Of a DNA stretch of 64,000 nucleotides, positions 31,346-41,947 are shown piece after piece. The stretch covers positions 160,001-224,000 of the forward strand of contig CAVOID010000009.1 in assembly GCA_963695875.1 (NCBI GenBank). The letters are read 5' to 3'. The position numbers were made by a program, and so were the translations under genes. Origin of the DNA: an uncultured delta proteobacterium (GTDB lineage: Bacteria; Desulfobacterota; Syntrophia; Syntrophales; UBA2185). Every line of letters begins with the position of its first letter. The stretch's first letter is position 1. A model generated the notes under the pieces. That model was not told the origin of the DNA. It was given only the letters and a program-made list of their open reading frames with translations, and ran no database searches.

Positions 31346-32077
31346 TCCTAATATCTTTTTCAATCTCGCCGCATTTTTCGGGGCATACCCGCCGAAATCG
31401 TTGTCAAAATAAACGTAAGTATCTCTGTTCCATACCAATATTTTCCGGGCCCATGTCCGTAGTTCTTCATCCGTATAGTCCGATGCATAGAGTTTTCTGG
31501 ACCCGTGAAGACGGATGTAGATAAAGTCAGCCGTGACCGTTTCGCTATAGGGATAACGACCGGCGGTATCTGATATGCAGAAGGCAATCCGATGTTTCTC
31601 CAGCTTTGCAAGAACGATTTCTTCCAGCCAGCTCTTATGGCGTACCTCAAGCGTGCAGCGATGACGGTACTTTTCCAGACTTGTGCAAAATTCTTCAAAA
31701 ACACCTTCATTAAAGGCAAGGCCCGGCGGCAATTGAAAAAGGACAGGCCCAAGTTTTTCTTTCAGTATCCCGGCAGCACTGAAAAATCGCTCCAGGGATT
31801 CACCGGTATCCTTTAAACGCTTGATATGTGTGATATACCGGCTCGCCTTGACAGCCCACAAAAACCCTTCCGGCGTTTTTCGTCTCCAGTTTTCTAAAGT
31901 TTCCGGCCTGGGCTGCCGATAAAAGGTTGTATTTACTTCGACAGTTGTGAAGTTCCGGGCATAGTACTGAAGCCATTTGGATATCGGGCACCCATGGGGA
32001 TAGAAAGCATCCCTCCAGTGAACATAATTCCAGCCCGATGTCCCGATATAAATATTGGAATTCATTTTCTTTGACAT
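31316..32077 (-). CDS. DUF72 (YecE) family protein
   Basis: IYIGTSGWNY, VEVNTTFYR, VKASRYITH, LFQLPP, YIRLHG, YVYFDND. The last 9 aa are encoded by element copy 1. Confidence 0.92.
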   Translation of the reverse strand: MSKKMNSNIYIGTSGWNYVHWRDAFYPHGCPISKWLQYYARNFTTVEVNTTFYRQPRPETLENWRRKTPEGFLWAVKASRYITHIKRLKDTGESLERFFSAAGILKEKLGPVLFQLPPGLAFNEGVFEEFCTSLEKYRHRCTLEVRHKSWLEEIVLAKLEKHRIAFCISDTAGRYPYSETVTADFIYIRLHGSRKLYASDYTDEELRTWARKILVWNRDTYVYFDNDFGGYAPKNAARLKKILGLNPAASAFL

Positions 32078-32197
32078 AAACCCATATTTACCCTATACTC
32101 GGAAAAAATATCGTAATATACGCCAGACACAGATTTAACATCTGTGAAATATTTGTAAAATTAGAAAAAGTACTACACTGAAAGGAGACCGAGGATA

Positions 32198-32542
32198 ATG
32201 AGAAGACTTTTTTCATGTTTCATTTTGATTTTTCTGCTTGCCACTTTCGGTTGTGCTGCAAAGCAATCTTACTATTATGATGTAAAGATGCCAGGTGTCG
32301 AGGAAGCAATAAATTATAACTCTAATGGAATAGACCTCGCCTCGCAAGACATGCATAAAGAAGCGATCAAGGAATTTAAAAAAGCGGTGGCACTTGATCC
32401 ATTTTATTCAGAGGCATTCCTCAACATGAGCAAATCTTACTATGCCATAGATAACATTGAGTTCGCTCATTTTTACAATATTAAGTATCACGAGACCGAT
32501 CAATACAGAGATTATACCTATAGATATCGGTTAGACTATTAG
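32198..32542 (+). CDS. TPR-containing lipoprotein
   Basis: Lipobox TFGC. EAIKEFKKAVALDPFYSEAFLN is a TPR pattern. Confidence 0.8.
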   Translation: MRRLFSCFILIFLLATFGCAAKQSYYYDVKMPGVEEAINYNSNGIDLASQDMHKEAIKEFKKAVALDPFYSEAFLNMSKSYYAIDNIEFAHFYNIKYHETDQYRDYTYRYRLDY

Positions 32543-33107
32543 AGGGAAACTGATAGAGATAAATCGGATCTCCGTGTAGAGAGGATTCGGGATAAAGTAC
32601 TTCTGAATGCCTCCAGCCTGGAATGGGGAAGTTGCAGGAAATAACGCGGGTTCCCGGACGAAGCTCTGCTTCTAGCTTTTGAGCAAGCTTCCCCATGACG
32701 TCGGGAAAGAGGTAACAGAATACCACATCAGCATCCCGGATATTTACATTCCAGAAATTACTCAACCTCACCTCAATCCCTTCCATCCAAAGTGTACGGA
32801 TACGCGCCAGGATGTAGGCCAGAGGGTTAACCTCAAACCCCAGTGCCCTGACACCGTATCGCCTCTTTGCTTCCCGGAGAACCCTTCCGTCCCCACAACC
32901 AATGTCAACGAGAAGATCGCCTATTTTCATCGGTACATGATCAAGGGATGTTCTCACCCGGACACGCGCGGACGGGTGGAACATGGCACCCTGAGTAATC
33001 GGAAACACAGTAACAATAGAAAAAGCAAGTAGTAATTTGAGGGCAAAGAGACCCCCTATTACAATGAAAGCTGCGATTATCCAGGATGGCATATCCCTTA
33101 ATCCCAC
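32481..33107 (-). CDS. Class I SAM-dependent methyltransferase with N-terminal membrane anchor
   Basis: VDIGCGDGR, GFEVNP, VVFCYLFP, ELRPGTRVISCNF. Confidence 0.88.
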   Translation of the reverse strand: MGLRDMPSWIIAAFIVIGGLFALKLLLAFSIVTVFPITQGAMFHPSARVRVRTSLDHVPMKIGDLLVDIGCGDGRVLREAKRRYGVRALGFEVNPLAYILARIRTLWMEGIEVRLSNFWNVNIRDADVVFCYLFPDVMGKLAQKLEAELRPGTRVISCNFPIPGWRHSEVLYPESSLHGDPIYLYQFPSNSLTDIYRYNLCIDRSRDT

Positions 33108-33132
33108 ATCTCTCTTATTCGGATATTGTCCT

Positions 33133-33810
33133 TTATGATTGTCCTTCAGACGTCAATTGTACGAAACTTCCGGGATACGCTTTAAGTACATTTTTTTCCT
33201 TCATGTAAGTGGAAGCTTCGTCAATATTCGCAAAATGACCGAGTAAAATTCTATACCATACACCCCGCCCCTGAATATGGACTCTTTCCATGTGAACATC
33301 GGGCTGTCTTTTTCTCAGATCTGTTACAAACTCCGTTGCACCATTTTTATCGTTCTCAGGATAAGCTCTAATCTGTATAGAGTATTTCTTCTTATTTGAG
33401 GTTTTTGATGAATCACCCTTGGATATAATTTCAGTTTGACCTTTCAGTTTTGTATCTTCTATCGGTGGGACTAAAACTGATTTACCGGTCGGACTGTTAA
33501 TCCTTTGCGGATAAATCCTTCCCCCAAGATTGGTGGCATCATAATGTTGAATAGTTGGCCAGATAAAAACTGCCGTAAGAATGAACAGAAGAACGGATAA
33601 AACCACCAACGCGGCGATAAATGAAAAACGAAGATTTCGCTTTTTCTTCTCCTGTGATGGTGGTTTCTCTGGTGGACATGGAAGCGTCGCCCCAGCAAGC
33701 GTCTCTGACTCTTCTATACGAGGAAACAAGCTTTTTCCACTTGCCACCTCGTGATATAGAGCTTCCAATTCCTGCTCAAGCTCACTTTCTTCCAGGCTTT
33801 CTTGTCCCAT
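33133..33810 (-). CDS. SPOR-domain membrane protein
   Basis: Central TM helix, then YSIQIRAY...GVWYRILLGHF SPOR pattern. Confidence 0.8.
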   Translation of the reverse strand: MGQESLEESELEQELEALYHEVASGKSLFPRIEESETLAGATLPCPPEKPPSQEKKKRNLRFSFIAALVVLSVLLFILTAVFIWPTIQHYDATNLGGRIYPQRINSPTGKSVLVPPIEDTKLKGQTEIISKGDSSKTSNKKKYSIQIRAYPENDKNGATEFVTDLRKRQPDVHMERVHIQGRGVWYRILLGHFANIDEASTYMKEKNVLKAYPGSFVQLTSEGQS

Positions 33811-33843
33811 AACATGCTTGTTCTCGTCGACTAGCCGATAAAA

Positions 33844-34494
33844 TTAACTTCCAATGCCGAATCGCTTGATATAACCGTTGACAACGATGCTTTCATCGAC
33901 CTGGAGACACCGGGCATACGATTTTAGGAAACCCTTTAAGTATACCATGGGCAGAAAGAGGTCGAATTTATCTTCTTCGATAGCTTTAAGGATGCCAATC
34001 CTCACATTTGTAACTTCGGCAATTTTTTCAAGAGTAACTTCCAGGGCTGTTCTTATTTTCCTTAAATCCTCTCCAGTCAGGACATCCTGAGTGAGGATCC
34101 CCTGGATCAACGAATTTTGTGAGACCCGGTTTTTCAAATCCTCCGGCCGGTTGTCCGGCCCTAACATAACCGGATGGTTGTTCTTAAAATCGTATATTGA
34201 AATCGGTTCCTTCGCTTTGTTACTATATTGCCGGCCTTTCTCCAATACACCGAGCTCAATCAGTTTTTGATCGTATTCGGATCTCGATTCAGGGTTTATC
34301 AGGGTAAGGTAAGCCTCCTCCAGGCAGGAAATAATCTCCTTTCTCTCTTCACTGGAAAAGAATGAATAACTTGCCATTGACCCATCCTTATAAAGCTCAA
34401 ATGCTTTTTTATAAGCCCGGCCGATCTCTAATGGTGACGCATCAGGAGAAAGCTCCAGCAGCTCATAGTTGTTCTGCTCCCGGAATGGCTTCAT
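33844..34494 (-). CDS. J-domain-like plus RodZ-type HTH protein
   Basis: NYELLEL..DAS..EI..AY...EEAY.TL...R.EYD (J-like, no HPD), then LKAIEED.F..LP.VYLKGFLKSYARCL. Confidence 0.8.
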   Translation of the reverse strand: MKPFREQNNYELLELSPDASPLEIGRAYKKAFELYKDGSMASYSFFSSEERKEIISCLEEAYLTLINPESRSEYDQKLIELGVLEKGRQYSNKAKEPISIYDFKNNHPVMLGPDNRPEDLKNRVSQNSLIQGILTQDVLTGEDLRKIRTALEVTLEKIAEVTNVRIGILKAIEEDKFDLFLPMVYLKGFLKSYARCLQVDESIVVNGYIKRFGIGS

Positions 34495-34526
34495 GGGGCT
34501 TTATTTTATCCTTTATGAAAATATGA

Positions 34527-35465
34527 TCAATGGTAGTTCGAAAAAAGCGATTTCTTTTCCTTTATTATTGACTGCATGTTTTTGGAACATTCCCTGAGAT
34601 CAAGGGCGGTCTGGGTATAGGGATAAAGATCAAGAAAGGGCATCTTTTTGCAGATTGAATTGTGAACTCTATCATCAAAGCTTATACTTCCGAGAAAATG
34701 CATCTTCAAGGAAAGATGCCTTTCTATAATTTTGCAAATAAATACGCCGGTATTAGGATTATCCTGTTTTCTCAGTTGATTTAGAACCAACTTGAAATGG
34801 AATTCTTGAAGAGCCTTCTCAAGCTTCTCCCCTTTTTCCGGATCTAATTCTTTCATAATATTAAGAAGGATTTCCGGATTGTTTATGGTAGCCCTCCCGT
34901 TTCTCCTTTCAGCTTCATCAGCCAATGCCTTGTAATTATAAACATTGAGCACCTGACGAATCTTTCGGATATAGACGGAACGGATGAGACGGTAAATATT
35001 TTCTACAGAAGTCGGCTCAGGTGTAGTTACTAAAATACCTGAATTTGAAATCATTAAGAAATCAATTGTATTAAAAGATGTTCCCGCGCCCAGATCCAAG
35101 AGAATATACTCATAAGGAAGCTTGGAGATATGTCTCAACAGTTTCATTTTTTGTTCATGGGCAAGACTGGTTATATCCAGATTATTCATCGCACTGCTGA
35201 TGAAATAGAGTTCGGGAACGGACGTGGGTACAACCGTTTCTTCAAGAGAGCTCACTTTTTTATTGATGAAATCTGAAATGCTTTTTTCAGGATGTGGAAT
35301 GCCGAGGATGGTGTGTAAATTCGCTGCACCAAAGTCAATGTCGATAAGAAGTGTCCTGTACCCCTCTTTCGCAAGCAGAATTCCGAGGCTACCGGTAACA
35401 AAACTCTTACCGGATCCACCCTTTCCACCCCCAATGGGACATATATGCGTCACAGGGTTTGTCAA
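34527..35465 (-). CDS. MinD/FlhG-like ParA-family ATPase
   Basis: Deviant Walker A GGKGGSGKS, DIDFGAANLH, LDLGAGT, TPEPTSVEN. Confidence 0.88.
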   Translation of the reverse strand: MTNPVTHICPIGGGKGGSGKSFVTGSLGILLAKEGYRTLLIDIDFGAANLHTILGIPHPEKSISDFINKKVSSLEETVVPTSVPELYFISSAMNNLDITSLAHEQKMKLLRHISKLPYEYILLDLGAGTSFNTIDFLMISNSGILVTTPEPTSVENIYRLIRSVYIRKIRQVLNVYNYKALADEAERRNGRATINNPEILLNIMKELDPEKGEKLEKALQEFHFKLVLNQLRKQDNPNTGVFICKIIERHLSLKMHFLGSISFDDRVHNSICKKMPFLDLYPYTQTALDLRECSKNMQSIIKEKKSLFSNYH

Positions 35466-35810
35466 AGCTCGAATCTACGTAACCATTAAAATTAAGATTA
35501 GAAAACCAGTTTCTCCCGATCCTATGGTTTTACATGCCTTCTATGTTTGCCGCCTTATATCCTGACGGTCTCGCAAATATTTAAACCAACGCCAGGTAGT
35601 ACTGCCAACATAGATAATCACTTTGTCGAATCTTTCACCCTCTTCATATCATAATTATTGAGGGAATATCCATTAATTATTAGTGTTTTAAATGTTGCAT
35701 ACTACAATGTAAAAGACATGATCGGATGCATGCATTTCAGGAATAACAGGATCTCAGTTGAGAGAAGTATTCCTTAATGTATTCTTTCACCCGGCAGAGA
35801 GTTTGAAAAT

Positions 35811-36044
35811 CTAATATTTAAGCTGCTTCAGCTTAGCAAGCATGGTTTTTTTTGTCTTTACAGCTTTTATTCCTGCTGCAGCCTTTTCATCATTCAAGCC
35901 TGTGCTAAGCCAGCTGTAAAAGTCGTTTTTGTCCTTATTACAGTGATACTTGAATGTTTCTTCGTCAAGGGTCTCAAGAACTTTAATCAATGTCTTAATA
36001 GAGTCAGCAGTCTGGCCGTTATGAAAATAGAATACCGACGTCAT
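35811..36044 (-). CDS. Small DUF5752-like protein
   Basis: FYFHNG...L..L....FKYH....KNDF..W pattern. AGGAGG RBS. Confidence 0.65.
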   Translation of the reverse strand: MTSVFYFHNGQTADSIKTLIKVLETLDEETFKYHCNKDKNDFYSWLSTGLNDEKAAAGIKAVKTKKTMLAKLKQLKY

Positions 36045-36667
36045 AAGTTAACCTCCTATCTCTCTTAACACTGCAAATTGAAATTTGCTTTCCCGATTTG
36101 CCGATTCGGTTCCCTGGCAGTGCCACAATCATTTCAACTACGTATTCGCTGGTTCTGTGGTCTTAAATAACGATTTCTTTACCATGTTACATATCACAAC
36201 TATTAATGACATATCCATTAATTATTACGATTAGGACGCTTGCATATTAATCCGAATTGAAGTTTTCCTTTTTATTTAATCAGTATACACAAAATAATTC
36301 CTTTCCTTGTGATCCCCATTACAGTTTTATTTTCTTTATATGCCGATACTATCAGCAAGTCATCGGAGTTCATATTCAGAATTTCACCCTTGGGAAGTCA
36401 CATATAAAAGTTTAAGGAAGTTTATTAACTTGCCGAATATATAAACAGTTGCTGATCAAAAAAATTTCAGCAGATGACTGGTACATGGGCAATATGTTGA
36501 TTTCTCTCATAAAATTAATTTTGATCTCAGAGAATGTCCACAAGTTATTGCAATGCACAACAGAAGGAACATTATTTGCAAAATATTCGAAATGGAGAAT
36601 GGAACCAAGTGAGGCGGTGCCCTCATAGACTCCGCTTCAGAAAGAATATTTCAAATTAATTTGAAGG

Positions 36668-37525
36668 ATGGCCTTTATGCCACATTACAGAAAATTCAAA
36701 ATGTTCTTCAGAAAGGCACTTATTCCCGTTACCATCATGTTTGTCCCCCATGATAATTCCCGTAGATCTTTGAATTTGAATGTCCCTGCCATCGGTATAT
36801 TTCTATCAGCCATTTGCAGTGTAATCGGTGCAGTTTATCTCCTATCCATGCTCCCTGATGCCATCAAATATCAGGACATGGAAAAACAACTCCTTGATTA
36901 TTCGAAAAAGGTCGTCGACTTCAAGGCCACACTAGTATCTTTGAAAAAAGCAGAGAAGGATCTCCATCAACTGATCTCCCTGGGTTCCAGAGAAAGGATC
37001 TTTGAAAAGGTCGACACGTCGGACATGGGGTCATTCGACATCGATCAGGTGCAGGAGCAGATCGAATCTTCCATGAAGACCGTCGGCGCCATCAAAGACT
37101 ATCTGCGATCGCAAAAGGATCTTTATCTTGCCACCCCAACGGGCTTCCCTGTTCAGGGGCCAATCTCATCTCCCTTCGGCAAGAGAGTCCATCCGGTTTC
37201 GGGACATTCCGAGTTTCACCGGGGTCTTGATATTTCCGCAGATGCCGGCACTCCCATCAGGACAACGGCGGACGGGGTTGTCGTCTTTTCCGGTTGGAAC
37301 GGAGGCGGAGGTAATATTGTTGTGATCGCCCACGGTCACGGTTTTTCCACCTATTATGCCCACAATCGGAAGAATACTGTACAGGTGGGGCAAAGCGTCA
37401 AACGGGGAGATATCATCGGATACGTTGGTTCCACCGGTTCCACTACGGGAAGCCATGTCCATTATGCGGTATGGCTCAACGGTAAATGTAAAAATCCGAT
37501 TAACTATACAGAGGGCAGATCCTGA
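36668..37525 (+). CDS. M23 family metallopeptidase with N-terminal TM and coiled coil
   Basis: ISSPFGKR, HRGLD, YAHN, GSTGSTTGSHVHY. Confidence 0.92.
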   Translation: MAFMPHYRKFKMFFRKALIPVTIMFVPHDNSRRSLNLNVPAIGIFLSAICSVIGAVYLLSMLPDAIKYQDMEKQLLDYSKKVVDFKATLVSLKKAEKDLHQLISLGSRERIFEKVDTSDMGSFDIDQVQEQIESSMKTVGAIKDYLRSQKDLYLATPTGFPVQGPISSPFGKRVHPVSGHSEFHRGLDISADAGTPIRTTADGVVVFSGWNGGGGNIVVIAHGHGFSTYYAHNRKNTVQVGQSVKRGDIIGYVGSTGSTTGSHVHYAVWLNGKCKNPINYTEGRS

Positions 37526-38400
37526 TGCTCAATAGGAAGTCGGATAAAATGATCAATAGATGCACAACAAAAGTCTTATGTGTCATTCTGCTCTCCATTG
37601 TATTGCTTACACCGGTGAGTGCAGAAGAAAAGAACTACCAGAATAATGCCTCGATGCAGGTTCCAATTCTTTTGTACCATCGTTTCGGTCCGGTGGCTGC
37701 TGATGTCATGACCGTAACGACGCCGGTCTTTATGTCCCACCTCGAATACCTGAGGGCCAACGGCTATTCGGTAATACCCCTAAGGCAGCTTGTTGACTAT
37801 TATCTTGGAAAGGGCCCGCCTCCCCCGCCCAGGTCCGTCGTTATTACCGCCGATGATGGGCATAAATCGGTCTATACCGACATGCTCCCGCTGGTAAAGA
37901 AATACCACATCCCGGTAACCATATTCATTTATCCATCTGCGATATCAAATGCTTCCTATGCCATGACATGGGATCAGATCAGAGAACTCAAAAAAACCGG
38001 CTTCTTCGACATTCAGTCCCACACATACTGGCACCCCAACTTCAAGAAAGAACGTGAGAGATTGAGCGCCTCAGCATACGAGAAATTCGTCGACATGCAG
38101 ATGAGGAAGTCAAGAGCAAAGCTGGAGAAGGAATTTGACACTAAAATAGACATGCTTGCATGGCCTTTCGGCATTCATGATGATTTTCTTATCACAAAAG
38201 CCTCAGAAGCAGGATATGTGGGCACTTTTACTATTGATGGCCACAGTGCCAATGCTACCGATAAAGCAATGAAACTCCCCCGCCATTTATTGACAAATGC
38301 CAACAGGGGCAAGGCATTTGAATGGATATTTACAAATCCATCATATCAAAAGATGTTGTTAAGTAAGATGACATCTGGAAACAAGGGTAAAAAGGAATGA
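37525..38400 (+). CDS. Polysaccharide deacetylase (CE4 family)
   Basis: VPILLYH, VITADDG, QSHTYWH, LAWPFG. Signal peptide. Confidence 0.9.
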   Translation: MLNRKSDKMINRCTTKVLCVILLSIVLLTPVSAEEKNYQNNASMQVPILLYHRFGPVAADVMTVTTPVFMSHLEYLRANGYSVIPLRQLVDYYLGKGPPPPPRSVVITADDGHKSVYTDMLPLVKKYHIPVTIFIYPSAISNASYAMTWDQIRELKKTGFFDIQSHTYWHPNFKKERERLSASAYEKFVDMQMRKSRAKLEKEFDTKIDMLAWPFGIHDDFLITKASEAGYVGTFTIDGHSANATDKAMKLPRHLLTNANRGKAFEWIFTNPSYQKMLLSKMTSGNKGKKE

Positions 38401-39729
38401 AAAGAGACAAAATAGTATTTATTGTTATACTCCTGGCAGCAGCATTCTCAATGCTGGCCTTTTACAGTAACGACCGTGTTCATTCCGGCGATAATGGTCG
38501 ACCATAGTGATCAAGTTTTATCAAGTGGAAGAGTGCTTGATGCAGTTACAAACATACCGCTTAAGGGTGCCATAGTAACGCTCAACGGCAGTGAGGTGGT
38601 GGAGACTGATGAAAACGGCCTCTTCACCGTAATGTCTTCAGTGCATAAGATTGCGGCACGAGCACACGGATATACAAGAGCAGAACTGGAGATCATCGCC
38701 CAACCAAAAATGTCACCGGTTGAGATGCGATTAAACCCATTCAAGCCAAAGGCCCTCTATCTCACGGTTTATGGCATCGGAGACAGGACACTCCGGAACT
38801 CGGCACTGAAGTTTATCAACGAAACCGAGCTGAATTCACTGGTCATTGATATGAAAGGGGACAGGGGTATTATTCCATATAAGAGTTCACTCCCTCTCGC
38901 CTCTCAGATAGGCGCCCAGCGGGTGATAACATTGAGAGATATAAACGGCACGATGCAATCCCTGAAAGAGAAAGGGATTTACACAATTGCCAGGATCGTC
39001 GTCTTCAAGGACAATCTTCTCGGCACAGCACGGCCTGATTTGACCGTAAAGACCCGTGACGGTAATATATGGAAAGACCGAGAAGGACTTATCTGGGTGG
39101 ACCCCTCCAGAAAAGAGGTCTGGGACTATAATATTGACATTGCGATAGAGGCTGCCAAAAATGGCTTTGACGAGATCCAGTTTGACTATGTCAGGTTTCC
39201 AGATCACAAAGGACTTACATTCGGTATAACAAATACAGAAGAAAACAGGGTAAAAAGTATTTCTGGGTTCCTTATGGAGGCGAAAAGGAGGCTTGCGCCG
39301 TATAACGTCTTCATTTCCGCGGACATCTTCGGGTATGTAGCATGGAATCTCGATGATACGCAAATAGGTCAAACAATCGACAATCTTGCACCCCACATTG
39401 ATTATATATCCCTTATGCTCTATCCTTCTGGATTCCGTTTCGGAATACCCGGATACAGGAATCCTGTAGCGAACTCCAACAAAATTGTATTCCTCTCGCT
39501 TAAAAAGGCTGAAGAACGTACCAATCTTCCGACTGTCCGCTTCAGGCCCTGGCTGCAGGCATTCAAGGATTATGCCTTTGACAGGAGGCAATTCACCGGT
39601 GTAGAAATAAGAGAACAGATAAAGGCAGTTGAGGATTTCGGCTCTAATGGCTGGATGCTCTGGAACCCCAGAAATATCTATAGTTCTGACGGGCTGCATA
39701 AGAAGGCCGTATTAATGAGCAATTCTTAA
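38397..39729 (+). CDS. Putative glycoside hydrolase (DUF4015-like) with carboxypeptidase-regulatory-like N-domain; frameshift at ~38497
   Basis: ATG at 38397 overlaps the previous stop and gives signal MKRDKIVFIVILLAAAF. Motifs VIDMKGD, ARIVVFKD, GFDEIQFDYVRFP, RPWLQAF, WMLWNP. Confidence 0.85.
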
Positions 39730-39757
39730 CACGGAAACGACGCTCAGAACGGGCTTA

Positions 39758-40132
39758 TTATTTCGTGATGCTTTGGATGTTTTTCTTCCCTTCTTCAATG
39801 TCAGCTTCTACATTCTTTTTAGCTTCTTCGGATTTTTTCTTTATCTCTCTTCCTGCTTTCTTCAACTCCTCCGGCATTTTCTTAAATTCTTCCTTCGTTT
39901 CCTTTACCCCCTGTTGAACTTCCTCTTTAATTTCCTGAGTCTTACCGGCAATTACAAAGTCAGTCATGACATAAAATGAAGTGAAGATAATCAGTGAAAA
40001 ATAAAATAGCATCCTTGAAAGAACCAGACCTACTTTACAGCATTTCCCGAATTCATCAATTGAATCATTTTGTTGATCCAATGCCGTAACCTCATTGGTC
40101 AGGAATCGAGAACATCTATCGACTATTCTCAT
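39758..40132 (-). CDS. Hypothetical membrane-anchored K/E-rich coiled-coil protein
   Basis: TM helix followed by amphipathic K/E repeats. AAGGAG RBS. Confidence 0.6.
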   Translation of the reverse strand: MRIVDRCSRFLTNEVTALDQQNDSIDEFGKCCKVGLVLSRMLFYFSLIIFTSFYVMTDFVIAGKTQEIKEEVQQGVKETKEEFKKMPEELKKAGREIKKKSEEAKKNVEADIEEGKKNIQSITK

Positions 40133-40371
40133 CGTCTAATCTCCTTTCATTACAATACGAAGGTTGTTATGGAGACACCACTGCAGTTATACAGGTTTTT
40201 CTAACTTGGCATGGCGTTTCATAAATACCATATTACGATAGCACAAAAAGCGATTTATTCAAATGAGAGTGTTTGATATTGTGAGTGATATCTGGACAAA
40301 AGCATGCAATATTTCTCCACATAAAGGGCTTGACATGAAGGCCTATTCTCATTAAATTGCGCGTCGACCGA

Positions 40372-40489
40372 TTGAATCCGGCAGCGAGCACATTCCCCGT
40401 AGCTTGCTGCGGGGTAAGCGAGCGAATGGGGAACATTATTATTCCTTGTGGATCGGAGATTCTCCGCAGTTTACTGCGGAGAGTTTCAA
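40372..40489 (-). mobile_element. 118-bp two-hairpin element, copy 2 (inverted)
   Basis: Reverse complement of the copy 1 and copy 4 sequence. Confidence 0.85.
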
Positions 40490-40515
40490 TAAAAAAAAGA
40501 ATTGGCAATACTCGA

Positions 40516-41412
40516 ATGCTCAATCACATCAAGAAGTATGTTATCGCAACCCGTCCCTGGTCATTCACGATGTCCTTCATTTCTGTTTCCACTGGAACAC
40601 TTCTGGCGGCTGAAGAAGGACCTGTATCCTGGTTCTGGTTCGCCATCACCGCCGTTGGCATTATTCTTTTCCACGCCGCAGCCAATCTGATCAACGATTA
40701 TTTTGATACACTCTATGAAATTGATCAGCGGGACTCGCCCACTGCGAAATACCGTCTCCAGCCGATCCTTTCGGGAATGCTCACACCGCGCCAACTCTTA
40801 GCCGAAACCTTCGTCCTCTTATCCATTACTATTGCAATCGGCATGACTGTAGCCATGATCCGTTCCTGGCATGTCTTGTGGATCGGGATCATCGGACTCT
40901 TAACAAGCATCTTCTACACGGCAGGTCCTGTCAAGTTCAAGTACCGTGCCTTCGGTGAGTTTGCCGTATTCATGATGTGGGGCCCTCTCATGATTGAAGG
41001 AGCTTACGCAGTGCAGTGTCAGGCCCTTTCCATCAAGGCATTCTATATTTCGGTTCCCTTCGGCGTCCTCGTCGCCCTTGTTCTCTTCGCAAACAACATG
41101 CGGGACATCGACTATGATTCACGCCATAATGTAAAAACGGTGAGCATCATGCTGGGAAGCCGCAAGAGCTACATCCTTTTTACAGGACTCATCGTGCTGG
41201 CGTACGCCTACGTCCTTGGCATGATCCTCACGGGAATCATGAGCCTCTGGGGACTGCTGATCTTTCTGTCTTTTCCTAAAGCGGTAAGCCTTTTGAAAAC
41301 ATTCAAGAAGGGTATCCCCGATATGGCCGATGCGCTGACGGCCCAGTTTGACACTGTTTTTGGGGTTTTTCTTATCCTGGCTATTTTCCTCGAGACAAAG
41401 ATTATTCTGTAA
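40516..41412 (+). CDS. Second MenA-like UbiA-family prenyltransferase
   Basis: ATRPWSF, ANLINDYFD, YTAGP..FKY, ANNMRDI.YD....KT. The longer ORF start is an artefact of element copy 2. Confidence 0.88.
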   Translation: MLNHIKKYVIATRPWSFTMSFISVSTGTLLAAEEGPVSWFWFAITAVGIILFHAAANLINDYFDTLYEIDQRDSPTAKYRLQPILSGMLTPRQLLAETFVLLSITIAIGMTVAMIRSWHVLWIGIIGLLTSIFYTAGPVKFKYRAFGEFAVFMMWGPLMIEGAYAVQCQALSIKAFYISVPFGVLVALVLFANNMRDIDYDSRHNVKTVSIMLGSRKSYILFTGLIVLAYAYVLGMILTGIMSLWGLLIFLSFPKAVSLLKTFKKGIPDMADALTAQFDTVFGVFLILAIFLETKIIL

Positions 41413-41511
41413 TCTTAGCTCCGGCATTCCAGCACCTGTCATCAACGTAAACGCGAATATCTACGAATAGTAGCATGGGGATTGTTTAAAACATGTTTGG
41501 GGAAACCATTT

Positions 41512-41814
41512 ATGGGCAATAATTTGGAAAGCGAAATTAAGACGGTTCACATAATGGTAGAGATGTTTTGCAAACATCATCATTATAGAGGTGGACTCTG
41601 TGAAGACTGCCAAAAGTTATCCGATTATGCTGAAAACAGGATAAGAAAATGTACCTTCGGCGTTAATAAACCTGTTTGTTCTGAATGCAAGATTCACTGT
41701 TTCAAGCCGGAAATGCGATCTCAAATAAAAGAGGTGATGCGATTTGCAGGACCGAGGATGAATTTCAAGCATCCTGTGCTTGCGATACATCATCTTATTC
41801 GTAAGTGCAGATGA
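41512..41814 (+). CDS. YgbA-like (nitrous oxide-stimulated promoter family) protein
   Basis: FCKHHH...LC.DC..L..YA..R..KC.FG..KP.C..C..HC...MRFAGPRM...HP. Confidence 0.88.
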   Translation: MGNNLESEIKTVHIMVEMFCKHHHYRGGLCEDCQKLSDYAENRIRKCTFGVNKPVCSECKIHCFKPEMRSQIKEVMRFAGPRMNFKHPVLAIHHLIRKCR

Positions 41815-41947
41815 ATGTTACCCCTTTCCTGCTAAGGAAAACCCTTGCACTCCCAAACCATTCCCAGCAACGGGGCTGCTATTATAACATGTCAATTACC
41901 GACGGTAATGATAGTCGACGTGAAGTATGGTGTCCCGAAATTCTTGC

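Noticed and set aside
32481..32542. 62-bp convergent overlap of the TPR and methyltransferase genes
   Set aside because: The methyltransferase tail looks non-conserved. Given the indel rate, a missed stop is a simpler explanation.
40233..40613. Small ORFs and the N-terminal extension of the second menA (also 31164-31412, 45405-45656, 58186-58443)
   Set aside because: They are readings through the 118-bp element, which is open in several frames.
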